From: a virus
Virus record (IMG/VR): IMGVR_UViG_3300010396_000045
Coordinates: 1 to 64,000 of that record
Strand: one strand, 5' to 3'
DNA: 64,000 bases
Below, piece by piece: positions 53,714-63,310 of the stretch; within the stretch, counting starts at the first letter, position 1; every line of letters begins with the position of its first letter. Below the pieces are notes generated by a model that worked only from the letters and a program-made list of their open reading frames with translations, did no database searches and had not been told where the DNA came from. A program made the translations under genes and the position numbers.

Positions 53714-54100
53714 ATGATACGAGTACTGACCGTCACGGCAGCAATCCTATTAGCAGGATCTCTAGCTAATGCGGATGAGATCCGCTGGTTCGCGGGGCGC
53801 TATGTCAACGTTATGGATGGCTATGCCTATAGCGATCCCGACTCAATGATCGAGTGCTCTATAGATAGAGACTGGACAAAACCTCCGCTACCCCAGTTCC
53901 GGCATAAGCCGGCCCATGGCTCTTGTCAGCATGTCCTTCGTTCCGCAGCCAATCCTGGCTTCGTCCCATTTAGGGACGGATGGTTTATCAATACCGAGCC
54001 ACCATACGCAGGTATTATAGGTATGCAGTGCGGCGCGACTGTCGGCCAGAAGGATGGGGGATTCTGGTGTGACTGGCCCCCTTATGGAACCACAAAATAA
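53714..54100 (+). CDS. Secreted hypothetical protein
   Basis: Signal peptide MIRVLTVTAAILLAGSLANA begins at ATG 53714; the longer track call (53528) only reads through the arrays. Confidence 0.6.
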   Translation: MIRVLTVTAAILLAGSLANADEIRWFAGRYVNVMDGYAYSDPDSMIECSIDRDWTKPPLPQFRHKPAHGSCQHVLRSAANPGFVPFRDGWFINTEPPYAGIIGMQCGATVGQKDGGFWCDWPPYGTTK

Positions 54101-54465
54101 AGGTGCCCAGTCGTTCCAAGACCTGAGAAGTCCGGAACGCCGTCCGGATCACCGTCGACCTGGACCATAAGCGCTCCCCCGATGCCGAGGTATTCGTACT
54201 GGTAGAGTAGGTCGATGCCTGGGATTAGTGGCAACCCGGCGGCAATCGAGTTGCCAGTCGTATCACTGATATCCAGAAGCCAGCCGTCCAGCACGTTAGT
54301 GTCGAAAACCACATTCTGGCTAAGCGTATCTGCACCGATGGGTGCGCCAGATATTCCAGCGTTGGCCTCATGGTAGGTCAGCCTCATCGTATAGGTTACG
54401 CCCGCAAGCTGGATAGAGAATTCCTGCGCTTGGGCGATAAGCGGGATCTCGTACCATGTAGCCAT
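54082..54465 (-). CDS. Baseplate plug-like protein
   Basis: YEIPL...QEFSIQLAG..Y, WLLDISD..G....GLPLIPGIDLL.QY.YLGIGG, LG..GHLYF. Confidence 0.8.
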   Translation of the reverse strand: MATWYEIPLIAQAQEFSIQLAGVTYTMRLTYHEANAGISGAPIGADTLSQNVVFDTNVLDGWLLDISDTTGNSIAAGLPLIPGIDLLYQYEYLGIGGALMVQVDGDPDGVPDFSGLGTTGHLYFVVP

Positions 54466-55070
54466 CAGGCCGCGATCCTCGTAATCACGTTCCCCGTCTG
54501 AAGCGTGTCGCTGAACGTCGACGCCTGCTGCTGCGGCTGAACCGCACCACGCTGCGCTACCGCCGCCGTAGTCTGGGGAGAGGACTGCGCCGAAGCAGGG
54601 GTGATCTGCGCCGCCTCCGTGGAGACGATGATAACCTCTCGGCAGACCATGACGGCCTGGAGCGCGTATTCCGAGGCGCTGTTCGTCGTGATCCCTAGGC
54701 TGATGACCAGCATGTTGAGGTAGAGGCTCTTGCCGGTCGTGATCGATATCAGCGACGGAGGAGGCCCCTGAAGCGCCAGGAGCTGCTGGTAGACGTCCTG
54801 AACCCGCGTCTCGTAATAACCGCTATTGGACCAGGACCAGCGAAGCGTGACCTCGCGCGGCTTCTTGTATGCGTGGTCGGCAATGACGGTCCCGATCTCT
54901 ACGGGGTGTTCCGTAACCTGGACGTCGTCCCGGCTGGTTTCCTCAATCACGCAATCAGGTAGGATAATGCCCCATGGCCCGCTGATCCCCCGAGGCCTCC
55001 GAAGGAGGAGAACGTCCGTGACCTCTAAGAATGTAGCGGCAGCAGAGAGCGCCGTGAGAGCGCCACTCAT
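54465..55070 (-). CDS. Baseplate organisation/tube initiator protein
   Basis: VTEHPVEIG..IADHAYKKP, YQQLLALQ, TGKSLYLNMLV, CREVIIV. Confidence 0.85.
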   Translation of the reverse strand: MSGALTALSAAATFLEVTDVLLLRRPRGISGPWGIILPDCVIEETSRDDVQVTEHPVEIGTVIADHAYKKPREVTLRWSWSNSGYYETRVQDVYQQLLALQGPPPSLISITTGKSLYLNMLVISLGITTNSASEYALQAVMVCREVIIVSTEAAQITPASAQSSPQTTAAVAQRGAVQPQQQASTFSDTLQTGNVITRIAA

Positions 55071-57328
55071 TGGAACGCACCTTGCTGGTTGCGCTGAAGG
55101 TCTGCCCAGTGCCGGCGGTTATATTCGTCCCACGCGCGACCTACCGCGTTCGGATCAGCAGATGTGTTGATGGTGACGTTGTTGTTCTGCGTGATCGAAT
55201 TTCCGGCCTGGAAAGAGTCGCCTTGCAGCCTAGGGTCGGCTCCTAGAGCCTTGGCGTAGCTTAGACGCTTTCCTAGAGACCTATCGTCAGCGCCAGGACG
55301 TTCGTTGAAATTATAGTCCGCGACCGTCGCGCCTAAAATATCCTTCGTCTGGCTCAGCATGAAGCCGGCCTTCGCCTCGCTATGCTCCTGTTCCCACTTC
55401 GCGAAGTCGAGCTGCTCGTGCATCGAAGCCGACGTTAGCGGCTTACCGTATAACGACTGGAATGTAGCCTGCCGCTGCTGGTCCCACTGCCGCAAGCCGG
55501 CATGGCCCGAAGCATTGACGACGGTCGTGCTTAGACCGCTCTCGGCCATCATGTTCGAGACCATGCCGATAGCCTGGTGCATCGGCACGCCCTTGGACAT
55601 GAGGTATTTGACCGCCTCAATCGCCTTCGGATCGGTGATGCTCTTTACCGCGTCCTCGCCGCCAGACGCGCCGCCTCCGAATAAATGACCGACGATCCCT
55701 GCGCCTAATCCAGTAGCCCAGGAGCCAAAGCCTCCGGTCCCGCCTTCGCTCATTCCCTCAAGCGTGTCGTTCAGCTTGGCCATCTGAGTCGATAGCTGTT
55801 TGACGTTCGTCGGCAGCTCCGCCCCCTCGGCGACGGAGACGGGATTCAGATAGCTCAGGACGTGGCCCAGGCGCTCCAGGAGCGAGGGACCGCCGCTCCC
55901 CTTGTCTAGTAGCAGTTCCGGGTTGGTCGGCCCCTCACGCGCCCCAGGAGGCGCCGCGCGGAAGCCTGGGCGGCTGCGTGGATCTCCTATCTCGTCCTGC
56001 CCAGGACCGGCCATCTCGCCCTGGCCTATCGTCATCCCGGCGTAGACGCCGCCAGCTACTCCAGCGAGAGGGCCGAGGAAGCGTGCTGCCGCACCCGCTC
56101 CGCGCAAGATAGTACCTACAAGCCCCGTCAAACCCGCAGCAAAGCCAGTGCCAGTCGCTGCTACCGTTGCGCCCGCTGATACCGCCGCACGAGCGATGGC
56201 AGCAAACCCAGTTACGAACGAGACGACAAAGCGCCCGACGAAATAAGCCTCTAGCGCATGGAGTGGGGTAATCCAGCCGTTCGTCGCCTCGGCCAGCTTT
56301 CCCATGAGTTCTAGGAGCTTGCTAAGGCCGCTCTCGATCTCGCCCCACGGCAGGAAGCTCTTTCCGGTCTCCTGGAAGCGCTTGTAGTCCTCGAATAACT
56401 GAGACAGCAGCCCGATCAGGAGCGCTATCTTGCTCGTCTCGGGGAATATGAACGCCGCCATGATGGCAGCTATCGCCGTGACGATCTGCTGCTGGTCGGC
56501 AGGTAATCGCTCGAACCACCCGACGACCTTTCCGATCATCTCTACCGCGCCGCCGAACGCGGAACTGATGTGCTGGCCTATCCGGTCTAGAGTGCTGATG
56601 ATCTGGTCTGAATGGCTATCCAGCCAGCTAGTCATCGTCTGGAGAGCTGCCGTCATCCTTTGCAGGATCGGCAAGCCCTGATGACCCATTATATCATTTA
56701 AGCGTAGCTGGAAGCTCTGCCACGCTCGCTCAAAGAGCGTCGATTGCCTAGCGAACTCGTCTGGATCGAAATGGAATAGGCGGCGCGCGAAGTTGAACTC
56801 TTGGACGCCTTCTCCGACCTGGCCACCTCTGGTCAGAATCGCATTGAAGAAATCGGCACCGAGAAACTTCTCAAACTGCTGTCGGATAATGAACTGTTGG
56901 CCGGCTGACTCACGAGCGAAGCGCTCGCCGAAGTGCTGGAGCTGCTGGGTTAAGGAGCCAGGACCGGCATACTCTGTAAAGACTTGCGCCCACCCAGGCT
57001 GGGTGCGCATCATATGCGCGAGGTTAGACAGAGCCGTCATGGTCTGCTGGGGAGCTAGACCTAGCTTCTGCCAAGCGAACGTCAGCGCATCGATGTTGTT
57101 GACGGTATCATTTACCGTCATAGCTAGATACTGCATCTGCGAAGCGCTGCTCGCCATGTTGGCGACAGCCGCAGTTACAGCACCAGCAGCGCCTGCAATT
57201 CCGGCGCCAAGGCCGATAACGGCATTGGACATACTGGTGATGGCATCGAGGAATCGTCGTTGCGAACTCTCATCGACCCTATATCCAAGAGTCGCTAAAA
57301 ATTCTTTGATTACGACGGTATCAGCCAC
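55067..57328 (-). CDS. Tape measure protein with C-terminal phage lysozyme-2-like domain
   Basis: IKEFLATLGYRVD start, long helical body, AIGMVSNMMAESGL...GLRQW...EQLDF...ERP. Confidence 0.88.
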   Translation of the reverse strand: MADTVVIKEFLATLGYRVDESSQRRFLDAITSMSNAVIGLGAGIAGAAGAVTAAVANMASSASQMQYLAMTVNDTVNNIDALTFAWQKLGLAPQQTMTALSNLAHMMRTQPGWAQVFTEYAGPGSLTQQLQHFGERFARESAGQQFIIRQQFEKFLGADFFNAILTRGGQVGEGVQEFNFARRLFHFDPDEFARQSTLFERAWQSFQLRLNDIMGHQGLPILQRMTAALQTMTSWLDSHSDQIISTLDRIGQHISSAFGGAVEMIGKVVGWFERLPADQQQIVTAIAAIMAAFIFPETSKIALLIGLLSQLFEDYKRFQETGKSFLPWGEIESGLSKLLELMGKLAEATNGWITPLHALEAYFVGRFVVSFVTGFAAIARAAVSAGATVAATGTGFAAGLTGLVGTILRGAGAAARFLGPLAGVAGGVYAGMTIGQGEMAGPGQDEIGDPRSRPGFRAAPPGAREGPTNPELLLDKGSGGPSLLERLGHVLSYLNPVSVAEGAELPTNVKQLSTQMAKLNDTLEGMSEGGTGGFGSWATGLGAGIVGHLFGGGASGGEDAVKSITDPKAIEAVKYLMSKGVPMHQAIGMVSNMMAESGLSTTVVNASGHAGLRQWDQQRQATFQSLYGKPLTSASMHEQLDFAKWEQEHSEAKAGFMLSQTKDILGATVADYNFNERPGADDRSLGKRLSYAKALGADPRLQGDSFQAGNSITQNNNVTINTSADPNAVGRAWDEYNRRHWADLQRNQQGAFQ

Positions 57329-57330
57329 GG

Positions 57331-57582
57331 ATGGACGATTTTCCTGTTGCTACAATTGGCGGCATCAGAGAGGATATTCCGATGTCTGAGAAACCTGTTG
57401 AAGATCAGCTATCCGCAATAGCATCAGAGTTGGTCTGGGATCTCGTAGACCGCTTGGGAGAGATAGGAGACCTAAGCGGCATCCCCGCCGGCGCCTGGGA
57501 CGACTTTGAGAAATGGGCAGTATCGGAGACACTGCGCGTGCTAAAGCTGGCTCGCGAACTGCCTAATGCCTCGGAGCGTTAA
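57331..57582 (+). CDS. Small antisense hypothetical protein
   Basis: Acidic ORF filling the gap between chaperone and tape measure; possible internal GAGGA RBS. Confidence 0.4.
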   Translation: MDDFPVATIGGIREDIPMSEKPVEDQLSAIASELVWDLVDRLGEIGDLSGIPAGAWDDFEKWAVSETLRVLKLARELPNASER

Positions 57583-57814
57583 CCTGTTGGACTCTTCTCT
57601 CGTTCTCGCTGCGGACAGAGAGCGCGTCGTTCATTAGGGAAATGTCGTAGAGGTCGACCGCCCCGTTCTTCAGGCTCTCGTAGCTACACAGCCCCTCAAC
57701 AACCGGCGTCATTAGGTAGTCCAGCCCGTCCTCTAGCTGGACATATTCCCTTGGCTCGCGCCAGTTGTCGGGGAGGGTTGGAGTGTAGCTGAGAGAGGGG
57801 CGCGCATAAAATTC
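57563..57814 (-). CDS. Second tail chaperone frame, probably reached by -1 frameshift
   Basis: Open -1 frame ...LEDGLDYLMTPVVEGLCSYESLKNGAVDLYDISLMNDALSVRSENERR...*; slippery-like GAATTTT at 57814-57808. Confidence 0.7.
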   Translation of the reverse strand, partial: EFYARPSLSYTPTLPDNWREPREYVQLEDGLDYLMTPVVEGLCSYESLKNGAVDLYDISLMNDALSVRSENERRVQQVNAPRH

Positions 57815-58221
57815 GACAGGTTCTCCTGGATCACCTGGAATGTGATCTGCAACAGCGCCATGCCGTCAATGTCCTCGAACTGCATACGCTTCGCCGCAGC
57901 GTTCCAGACCGGCGTCCAGCCCGTCCCCTGGTTGCGTGATACGACCGAGAGGCAGGTAGAGGATATGAAGTCCACGTCCTCCGACTTCATCTCCGCTAGG
58001 CCTTCGATAACCGGCAGCATCATCTCGGCCATATCGACCATGGGACGATCATCGCCATTGGCCCGAGCCTGCGCTTCGGCCTGCAAGCGCTGCCGCATCT
58101 CTGGTGTGGGGGTAAGTGACACCAGGAGAGGAGCTAGCTTGCGGGCTACGTGTAGCTGCGAAAATGCATCAAGCTTTCTGACTAGTCGGTACTGCTTTCC
58201 GTCGACCTCGAATTCCGTCAC
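57733..58221 (-). CDS. Tail assembly chaperone
   Basis: KLDAFSQLHVARKLAP, CLSVVSR, MQFEDID...LLQIT..VIQENLSNF; between tube and tape measure. Confidence 0.88.
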   Translation of the reverse strand: MTEFEVDGKQYRLVRKLDAFSQLHVARKLAPLLVSLTPTPEMRQRLQAEAQARANGDDRPMVDMAEMMLPVIEGLAEMKSEDVDFISSTCLSVVSRNQGTGWTPVWNAAAKRMQFEDIDGMALLQITFQVIQENLSNFMRAPLSATLQPSPTTGASQGNMSS

Positions 58222-58685
58222 GACAGCACCGTGCTACCCGCGCCTAGCGTCTCGAAGATGTATCCGGCGTTGAACTGCCACTCGATCACGTTGGCGTCCT
58301 TCGCGTAGGTGTTCGCTGGCTGCCGTCTGAACGCACAGAACATGCAGGTAATCGCGTCCCCGCGCGAGAAGTCGGTGATGACGATCGTGTTGCGGCCCCA
58401 GTTCGCAGAGCTACTGGACTGGAACGCATACATCGCCGAGAGCAGCGCATTATACGCTGAGACCTTGAGGAGCCGAACAGTTACAGTGCCGCCCTGGCCC
58501 GCATGCAGGCTATGCATAGGCTCGCCGCCTGCGCCGATCTGTAGAGTGTCCTTGTCCTCGCTTAGCTCAAGCGAGATGCCGCCTTCAGCAGCGCCAGCTT
58601 CGTTAGCTAGCGAGAAGGCGCCGCCGGGACCAACAATCGTTGCCCCTACATCGACGAAAGAATATGCGCTGAAGCCGACAGGCAT
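58218..58685 (-). CDS. Tail tube protein (DUF3277-like)
   Basis: YSFVDVGATIVGPGG, GAAEGGI, IGAGGEPMHSLHA, TVRLLKVS..NALLS. Confidence 0.88.
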   Translation of the reverse strand: MPVGFSAYSFVDVGATIVGPGGAFSLANEAGAAEGGISLELSEDKDTLQIGAGGEPMHSLHAGQGGTVTVRLLKVSAYNALLSAMYAFQSSSSANWGRNTIVITDFSRGDAITCMFCAFRRQPANTYAKDANVIEWQFNAGYIFETLGAGSTVLS

Positions 58686-58745
58686 GGCTCTTTTCTACCT
58701 TTTAGAGTTGAACCGGGCGCAAGTCCCGTTTAAGTAAACCGTTAG

Positions 58746-59687
58746 ATGAGCACGCCCCGATTTAAGACTGATCCAGACAATCATCCTCGTCCGATGCCAG
58801 GAGCCTATCTGGTAAGGAACCTAATCAACGGAAAATGCTATGTCGGAATCAGTCAAAAGGTCAGTCGTCGGAGGGCAGAACACACCAGAGGCGACGGAAC
58901 AGCGCCTCTCCTGACCAAAGCTATTCGCAAGTACGGCGTAGAGAACTTCGAGTTTGTCCCGCTATTCTACTCAATGACAGGAACTCTGTTTCTCCCAGAG
59001 CTGGAAGCAACTCTCATTGCTGCCTATGACGCTCTGGTGCCTAACGGATACAACGTTCAGGCGTCGTCTGGAGCAGTCGGTCCTTACGGCCCTGCGTTCG
59101 GCGAAATACTCCGCCTAGCCTTTGCAAAGCCAGAAACTAAGGCGCGCAAGAGTGCCGCCGCTAAGAGTCGAGATCCTATTCTAATGAAGAAGTTCTGGGA
59201 AGCCGCGCAGGCCCCAGAAGTCAAGGCCAGAGCCATCGCGACAATGACAGCCACCAGGAGGAGACCGGAAGTCCGTCTAGCTCAGTCTATTCGGGTGAAA
59301 GCTATGAATGCTGACCCGGAGTTCGTCGCTAATCGAACGCAGAAGGCAGTTCTGACGAAGTCAGATCCCGCATGGAAAGCCAGGGTAGCCCCGAGCTATT
59401 CGGAGGCACAAAACCGTCCCGATGTGAAAGCTAAGAAGTCCGTAGCGATACAGGCTGCCTTAGCGACCCCGGAAGCTAAGGCCAACAGATTAGGGAGATT
59501 CTGGATAACGGACGGAACGGTCGAGTTAAAGGTTGCTAAAGGCAGCACGATTCCCGATGGATGGACCCGTGGTCGGAATAGCAAGTTCAAGGAGGCTCAT
59601 TCTCCCGATGCTATGGGGAAAATAGCAAGGAACCCCAGACCCCCTCGTCGCGGATATAAGTTACGCCGGATCAACGGTTCACATTGA
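58746..59687 (+). CDS. Free-standing GIY-YIG homing endonuclease with NUMOD-like repeats
   Basis: GAYLVRNLINGKCYVGIS, LTKAIRKYGVENF, PNGYN; repeats PETKARKS/PEVKAR/PDVKAKKS; WITDG...IPDGWTRGR. Confidence 0.9.
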   Translation: MSTPRFKTDPDNHPRPMPGAYLVRNLINGKCYVGISQKVSRRRAEHTRGDGTAPLLTKAIRKYGVENFEFVPLFYSMTGTLFLPELEATLIAAYDALVPNGYNVQASSGAVGPYGPAFGEILRLAFAKPETKARKSAAAKSRDPILMKKFWEAAQAPEVKARAIATMTATRRRPEVRLAQSIRVKAMNADPEFVANRTQKAVLTKSDPAWKARVAPSYSEAQNRPDVKAKKSVAIQAALATPEAKANRLGRFWITDGTVELKVAKGSTIPDGWTRGRNSKFKEAHSPDAMGKIARNPRPPRRGYKLRRINGSH

Positions 59688-61188
59688 TAATGACATTGGC
59701 TTGGTGCACGGCGCCGGCCAATTTTACAGCAGCCTGGATCGTTGGTGCGATACGCGCCGCTCGCTGATCCTCGCTCTGTGAGTTTACGTCCGGGGCGTAG
59801 CAATAATATCCCTTATCCAGATACTGTTGCGGCTTTAGCTGTCCGAAGACTGAACTGCTGTTCCACTGCCCAGGTGCGATGAGGCCATTGTTCAGCCCGT
59901 CGATCATCGCCGCCTCGACGCCGGTCAGCAGGATATGCATGCCCGGGTTGGTCAATGGGATCTTCGTATTCGCGGTGAAGAGGATATTGAACAACCGCGT
60001 CTGGGTGTTGTTCTGAAGCCAGTCGAGGCCTTGGCGCTCGTCGATGAAGAAGCCGCCGCTCATCACGCCTTGCTGGATGATGGGCGTAAAGCCCGCTACA
60101 CCGTTCGCGTAGTTGACGTAGACATTGACGTTCTTGTTCGTCAGCGCCTGCGCCTGGGTCTCGGATAGCGTCTCTGCCACCACGCCAGGCTCTTGCTTGA
60201 ACTTGCCGGTAATGACCGAGTTCTGCGCCGTAAAGTCTACCGTCGCGAACCGGCCTAGCAGCGAGAAGACTGCGTAGGCAGACGAGGAGCTGTACTGAAC
60301 CAGCGTGTGCTGTAGGTCGAGGCTCTGGAGGACAGAGCCAAGGTCGCCAGTCTGCGTAGGATCCGCTACCGCCGCTTCCTGGGTCGTGATGCCGTAGATC
60401 CGCGACGGGTTCTCGGCCTCAATGACCGTTGCAACCGCTTCGTGCTGGCTGTCGGTGATATCCGAGGAATTGACCGGAGCGAAGCCGCACGCATACCAGG
60501 AGTTAGAGGCAGCAGCGAGCGCGGAGACGGCTACAACCGGCGTCTCGGCAGCAATGCCCGCCACCGGAGCAGAAGCCCCAGCGGCTTGCGACAGCCCGCT
60601 AGTGGTAGAGATATCCGTCCCACTCCCTGCTGTCGTGGCGTAGCTGACCGCGCCGCTCGTGCCAGTCGTAATGCCGCGCACTTTCAGGCGAGAGTAGGGA
60701 GCGTCCCACTGGCAAACAGTGCCCGCAGGCAGACCAGCCTGGATGATGCTCGCTACGCCGTTCATGTTGGTAGCGGTCGAGAAGTTTAGCCCCGTCACCG
60801 TATGCGGAGTGCCGTCGATGCTGATCGTAAAGCTACCGGACGTGATAGCGTTCCACGTCGACATGCTCTGGTTTGTCGTCGATAGCGCCGCGCCGTAGAG
60901 CCAGCCATGCGTTGCCGACTGCGCCCATCTGCCGATGTAGCAAAGGCTCGGCTGGGGCGTCTGAGCAAAGAATAGCGCCGCTGCTTGTGCCTCGGGGTTA
61001 GTCGTCCCGAAGTCAGCCTGGACTTGCGTCAGCGTGCTGTACTGGCGGAAGCGCTCGGATACGTTGATGATGCCCTCGGTCGGGCCGATGATCATAACGG
61101 TGCCGAAGTTCCGTTGCGCTAGGGGCAGCGGGCTAAGGCTGACCTGGACCGACACCACATCCGAAACAGACAAACCCGAGCCTGACAT
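59671..61188 (-). CDS. Tail sheath protein (DUF3383-like)
   Basis: LSVSDVVSVQV, ERFRQY...V.ADFG...PE, FAQTPQP, KFKQEPG, GLDWLQN, GYYCY, RAARIAP.IQ.AVKLAGAVH. Confidence 0.93.
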   Translation of the reverse strand: MSGSGLSVSDVVSVQVSLSPLPLAQRNFGTVMIIGPTEGIINVSERFRQYSTLTQVQADFGTTNPEAQAAALFFAQTPQPSLCYIGRWAQSATHGWLYGAALSTTNQSMSTWNAITSGSFTISIDGTPHTVTGLNFSTATNMNGVASIIQAGLPAGTVCQWDAPYSRLKVRGITTGTSGAVSYATTAGSGTDISTTSGLSQAAGASAPVAGIAAETPVVAVSALAAASNSWYACGFAPVNSSDITDSQHEAVATVIEAENPSRIYGITTQEAAVADPTQTGDLGSVLQSLDLQHTLVQYSSSSAYAVFSLLGRFATVDFTAQNSVITGKFKQEPGVVAETLSETQAQALTNKNVNVYVNYANGVAGFTPIIQQGVMSGGFFIDERQGLDWLQNNTQTRLFNILFTANTKIPLTNPGMHILLTGVEAAMIDGLNNGLIAPGQWNSSSVFGQLKPQQYLDKGYYCYAPDVNSQSEDQRAARIAPTIQAAVKLAGAVHQANVIINVNR

Positions 61189-61191
61189 CGG

Positions 61192-61761
61192 CTAGTTCTC
61201 CTGAGAGGCGGTTATTGTGCAATGAAGTCCGGTGTCAGTAATGAAGCTGACCGAGACCTGGGCGATGGCCGGAATAGAATCGTATGTCCGGTCAATAAAG
61301 CGGACGAACGACATCGGAATGTCCGAACGCGAGACGTACTGGCTGTTTATCAGCTCCCCGAGATGCGTCGTCTCATCGACGCTGCGGAGCTTCAGACCTT
61401 GCGCGGATAGCGTCTCGTGGTTCTGCGGGATGTAGATGCCGTCCCGTAGGAGTGCAGCATACCAAGCCGACTGAGGACCGTAGAACGTCGCTAGAGCGTC
61501 TACTCGCTCATAGCGATGCAGGGAGCCGGAGGTATCGTCGTCCTGAGTCCATATCGGGTAGTCGTACGGCGTGTAGCCGGTGATGCCGATCGCGCACCAG
61601 GTCGTAGTGACTGACGGCTGCGTCGGAGGCTGCGGTTGCCAGCGCGGTCTAATCAGGTTTCCGGCTAGACCCGTCACGCCCGCGATCATCGCTTGCAGTA
61701 TGCCGGCGAGCGCGTCGTCGTTTGGCGGCGGGCTTCCACTTGCGAGAACGTAACCACTCAT
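61192..61761 (-). CDS. Neck/tail terminator protein
   Basis: GVTGL.GNLIRPRWQP.PP.QP....WCAIG, TFYGP, LRDG. Confidence 0.85.
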   Translation of the reverse strand: MSGYVLASGSPPPNDDALAGILQAMIAGVTGLAGNLIRPRWQPQPPTQPSVTTTWCAIGITGYTPYDYPIWTQDDDTSGSLHRYERVDALATFYGPQSAWYAALLRDGIYIPQNHETLSAQGLKLRSVDETTHLGELINSQYVSRSDIPMSFVRFIDRTYDSIPAIAQVSVSFITDTGLHCTITASQEN

Positions 61762-61844
61762 GCTTGGCCCGATCGTAAGCAGCGCTACCTAGGACAACGA
61801 CGAAGAACAGGAGGAAGGCGACGCCTATGGCCACGACGTGCCAG

Positions 61845-62225
61845 TTAGGGGCCATCCGGGACCATGTCGACGAGCTGGCAGATAGCGCTCACGAAACCCT
61901 GGCCAAAGTTCGACCAGTCGGCGACGTGCTTTACGCGGTAGTTCTTCTGCTGCCACACGATCTGATCCGGCGCCGTAGTCGCCGTCAGAGGAAACAGCCG
62001 AAACGGAGTGACTACCGTGACGAATACGCCAGTTCGTTCTGCCTCTGGTAGCTGCTCGAGGTCGCGGCCAGGTGTCGGCTGCACACATCCAGTAGAATAA
62101 TAATAGCCAGGCGTATCGACCGTTAGGCCTTGCACGTTGACGGACCGTTGGCTCCGAATGACCGTGATGTCGTCCATAAACAACGGATCGAACAGGACGT
62201 CGGAAACTACATCGAGGAGAGCCAT
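61845..62225 (-). CDS. Head-closure protein
   Basis: LLDV.SDVLFDPLFMD, VQP....LEQLPEAER, PDQIVW...YRV....DWSNFGQGF. Confidence 0.85.
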   Translation of the reverse strand: MALLDVVSDVLFDPLFMDDITVIRSQRSVNVQGLTVDTPGYYYSTGCVQPTPGRDLEQLPEAERTGVFVTVVTPFRLFPLTATTAPDQIVWQQKNYRVKHVADWSNFGQGFVSAICQLVDMVPDGP

Positions 62226-62336
62226 CTGAGTCCTTTTTCGCTTGACCCGGTTTCAGACGCTTCTCTAGGTAATGCGCGAAACCTCACGCACTCTGTCTGT
62301 AGACGAGCGTCGAACCTGTATCAGGCGGCGCTCGTT

Positions 62337-62810
62337 CTATTTTGCGGCTACCGTGCTGCAAGCCATCGAGTAAGCCGATCCCCAGCGCGTATCGTCCGGT
62401 TTCCCAGGCCTCCAGCATCTGGAATAGTAGTCCCATGATCTAGTGGCATCGCCGATAGCCGGGAGAGGCGCTGCATCCGACCACAGCAGCAGGCGCGCGA
62501 ATACGCAGGCCATCTGGTCGTTGTATTGAATAACCGTATATGCCGGGAAGCCAGCCAGATCCATTGTTGCCGACGCCATCGCAACGATAGGAGCCGCTCT
62601 CGGATCGTTTAGGACCGCCGCCACACCACCTGGCTCAAACTGCCAATAGCCACGAGCAGGACCGTCATTTGCTTGAATGCGCGCCGCCCAGTTCGTTTCC
62701 TGACCCGCTATAGCCATCAGCATGACGCGCGCTGCATCGGAGACCATGTAGCCGGGGAGGAGCTGAAGACCCGGCTCTACGACGCGGAGAAGGAAGAGGC
62801 GAGGGGACAC
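62337..62810 (-). CDS. Lysozyme-like muramidase, putative endolysin
   Basis: LMAIAGQET, GPARGYWQFE, FARLLLW.D..PLP, WDYY.R.WRPGKP. Confidence 0.75.
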   Translation of the reverse strand: MSPRLFLLRVVEPGLQLLPGYMVSDAARVMLMAIAGQETNWAARIQANDGPARGYWQFEPGGVAAVLNDPRAAPIVAMASATMDLAGFPAYTVIQYNDQMACVFARLLLWSDAAPLPAIGDATRSWDYYSRCWRPGKPDDTRWGSAYSMACSTVAAK

Positions 62811-63310
62811 TAACTGGTGCTGCCCTTCTTTCGCAGAACGTAGGTCACAGAATTGAGCATCTGAGCCGTATCAACTAATGGGCGGTCAGATCCCTTGCGC
62901 GCGATAGTAGACGGCGCATTCGGAGCGAACTTCGGATCGCCGCCCGCCACTATATTCGCCTTGACCTTGTTTTGAGCCGTCAGCCCGAGCGCGTTCAGCA
63001 CTTGATCGGACTCAGCAGCCTTGCCGTCGAACCGTAGCTCTGCCGCCTTCTTCAGCATCGCAGCGGCTTCGTCTCGCATCCGATTGACCGGAGGTCCAAG
63101 CCAGGGGCGGGCAGGGATGTTGTGCGCGGGGCTACCAAACTCGTGTATATAGCCAAGAGCGGCGTTGTTTATCGGGTCACCTTGACGCGGACTTTTTGCG
63201 GCCGGGATGCCGACGAGGACTTGCGTTGACGCGATGTCCTGCACCTTCCGCATCATCTCTTCCATGCGGTCTAGGTTCAGAATTACCCCGTTCTCTACAT
63301 CCGGCATCAA
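62810..63310 (-). CDS. Neck/virion morphogenesis protein
   Basis: VLVGIP, NNAALGYIHEFGSP.HNIPARP, PNAPSTIARKGSDRPLVDT.QM..SVTY. Confidence 0.88.
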   Translation of the reverse strand: MMPDVENGVILNLDRMEEMMRKVQDIASTQVLVGIPAAKSPRQGDPINNAALGYIHEFGSPAHNIPARPWLGPPVNRMRDEAAAMLKKAAELRFDGKAAESDQVLNALGLTAQNKVKANIVAGGDPKFAPNAPSTIARKGSDRPLVDTAQMLNSVTYVLRKKGSTS

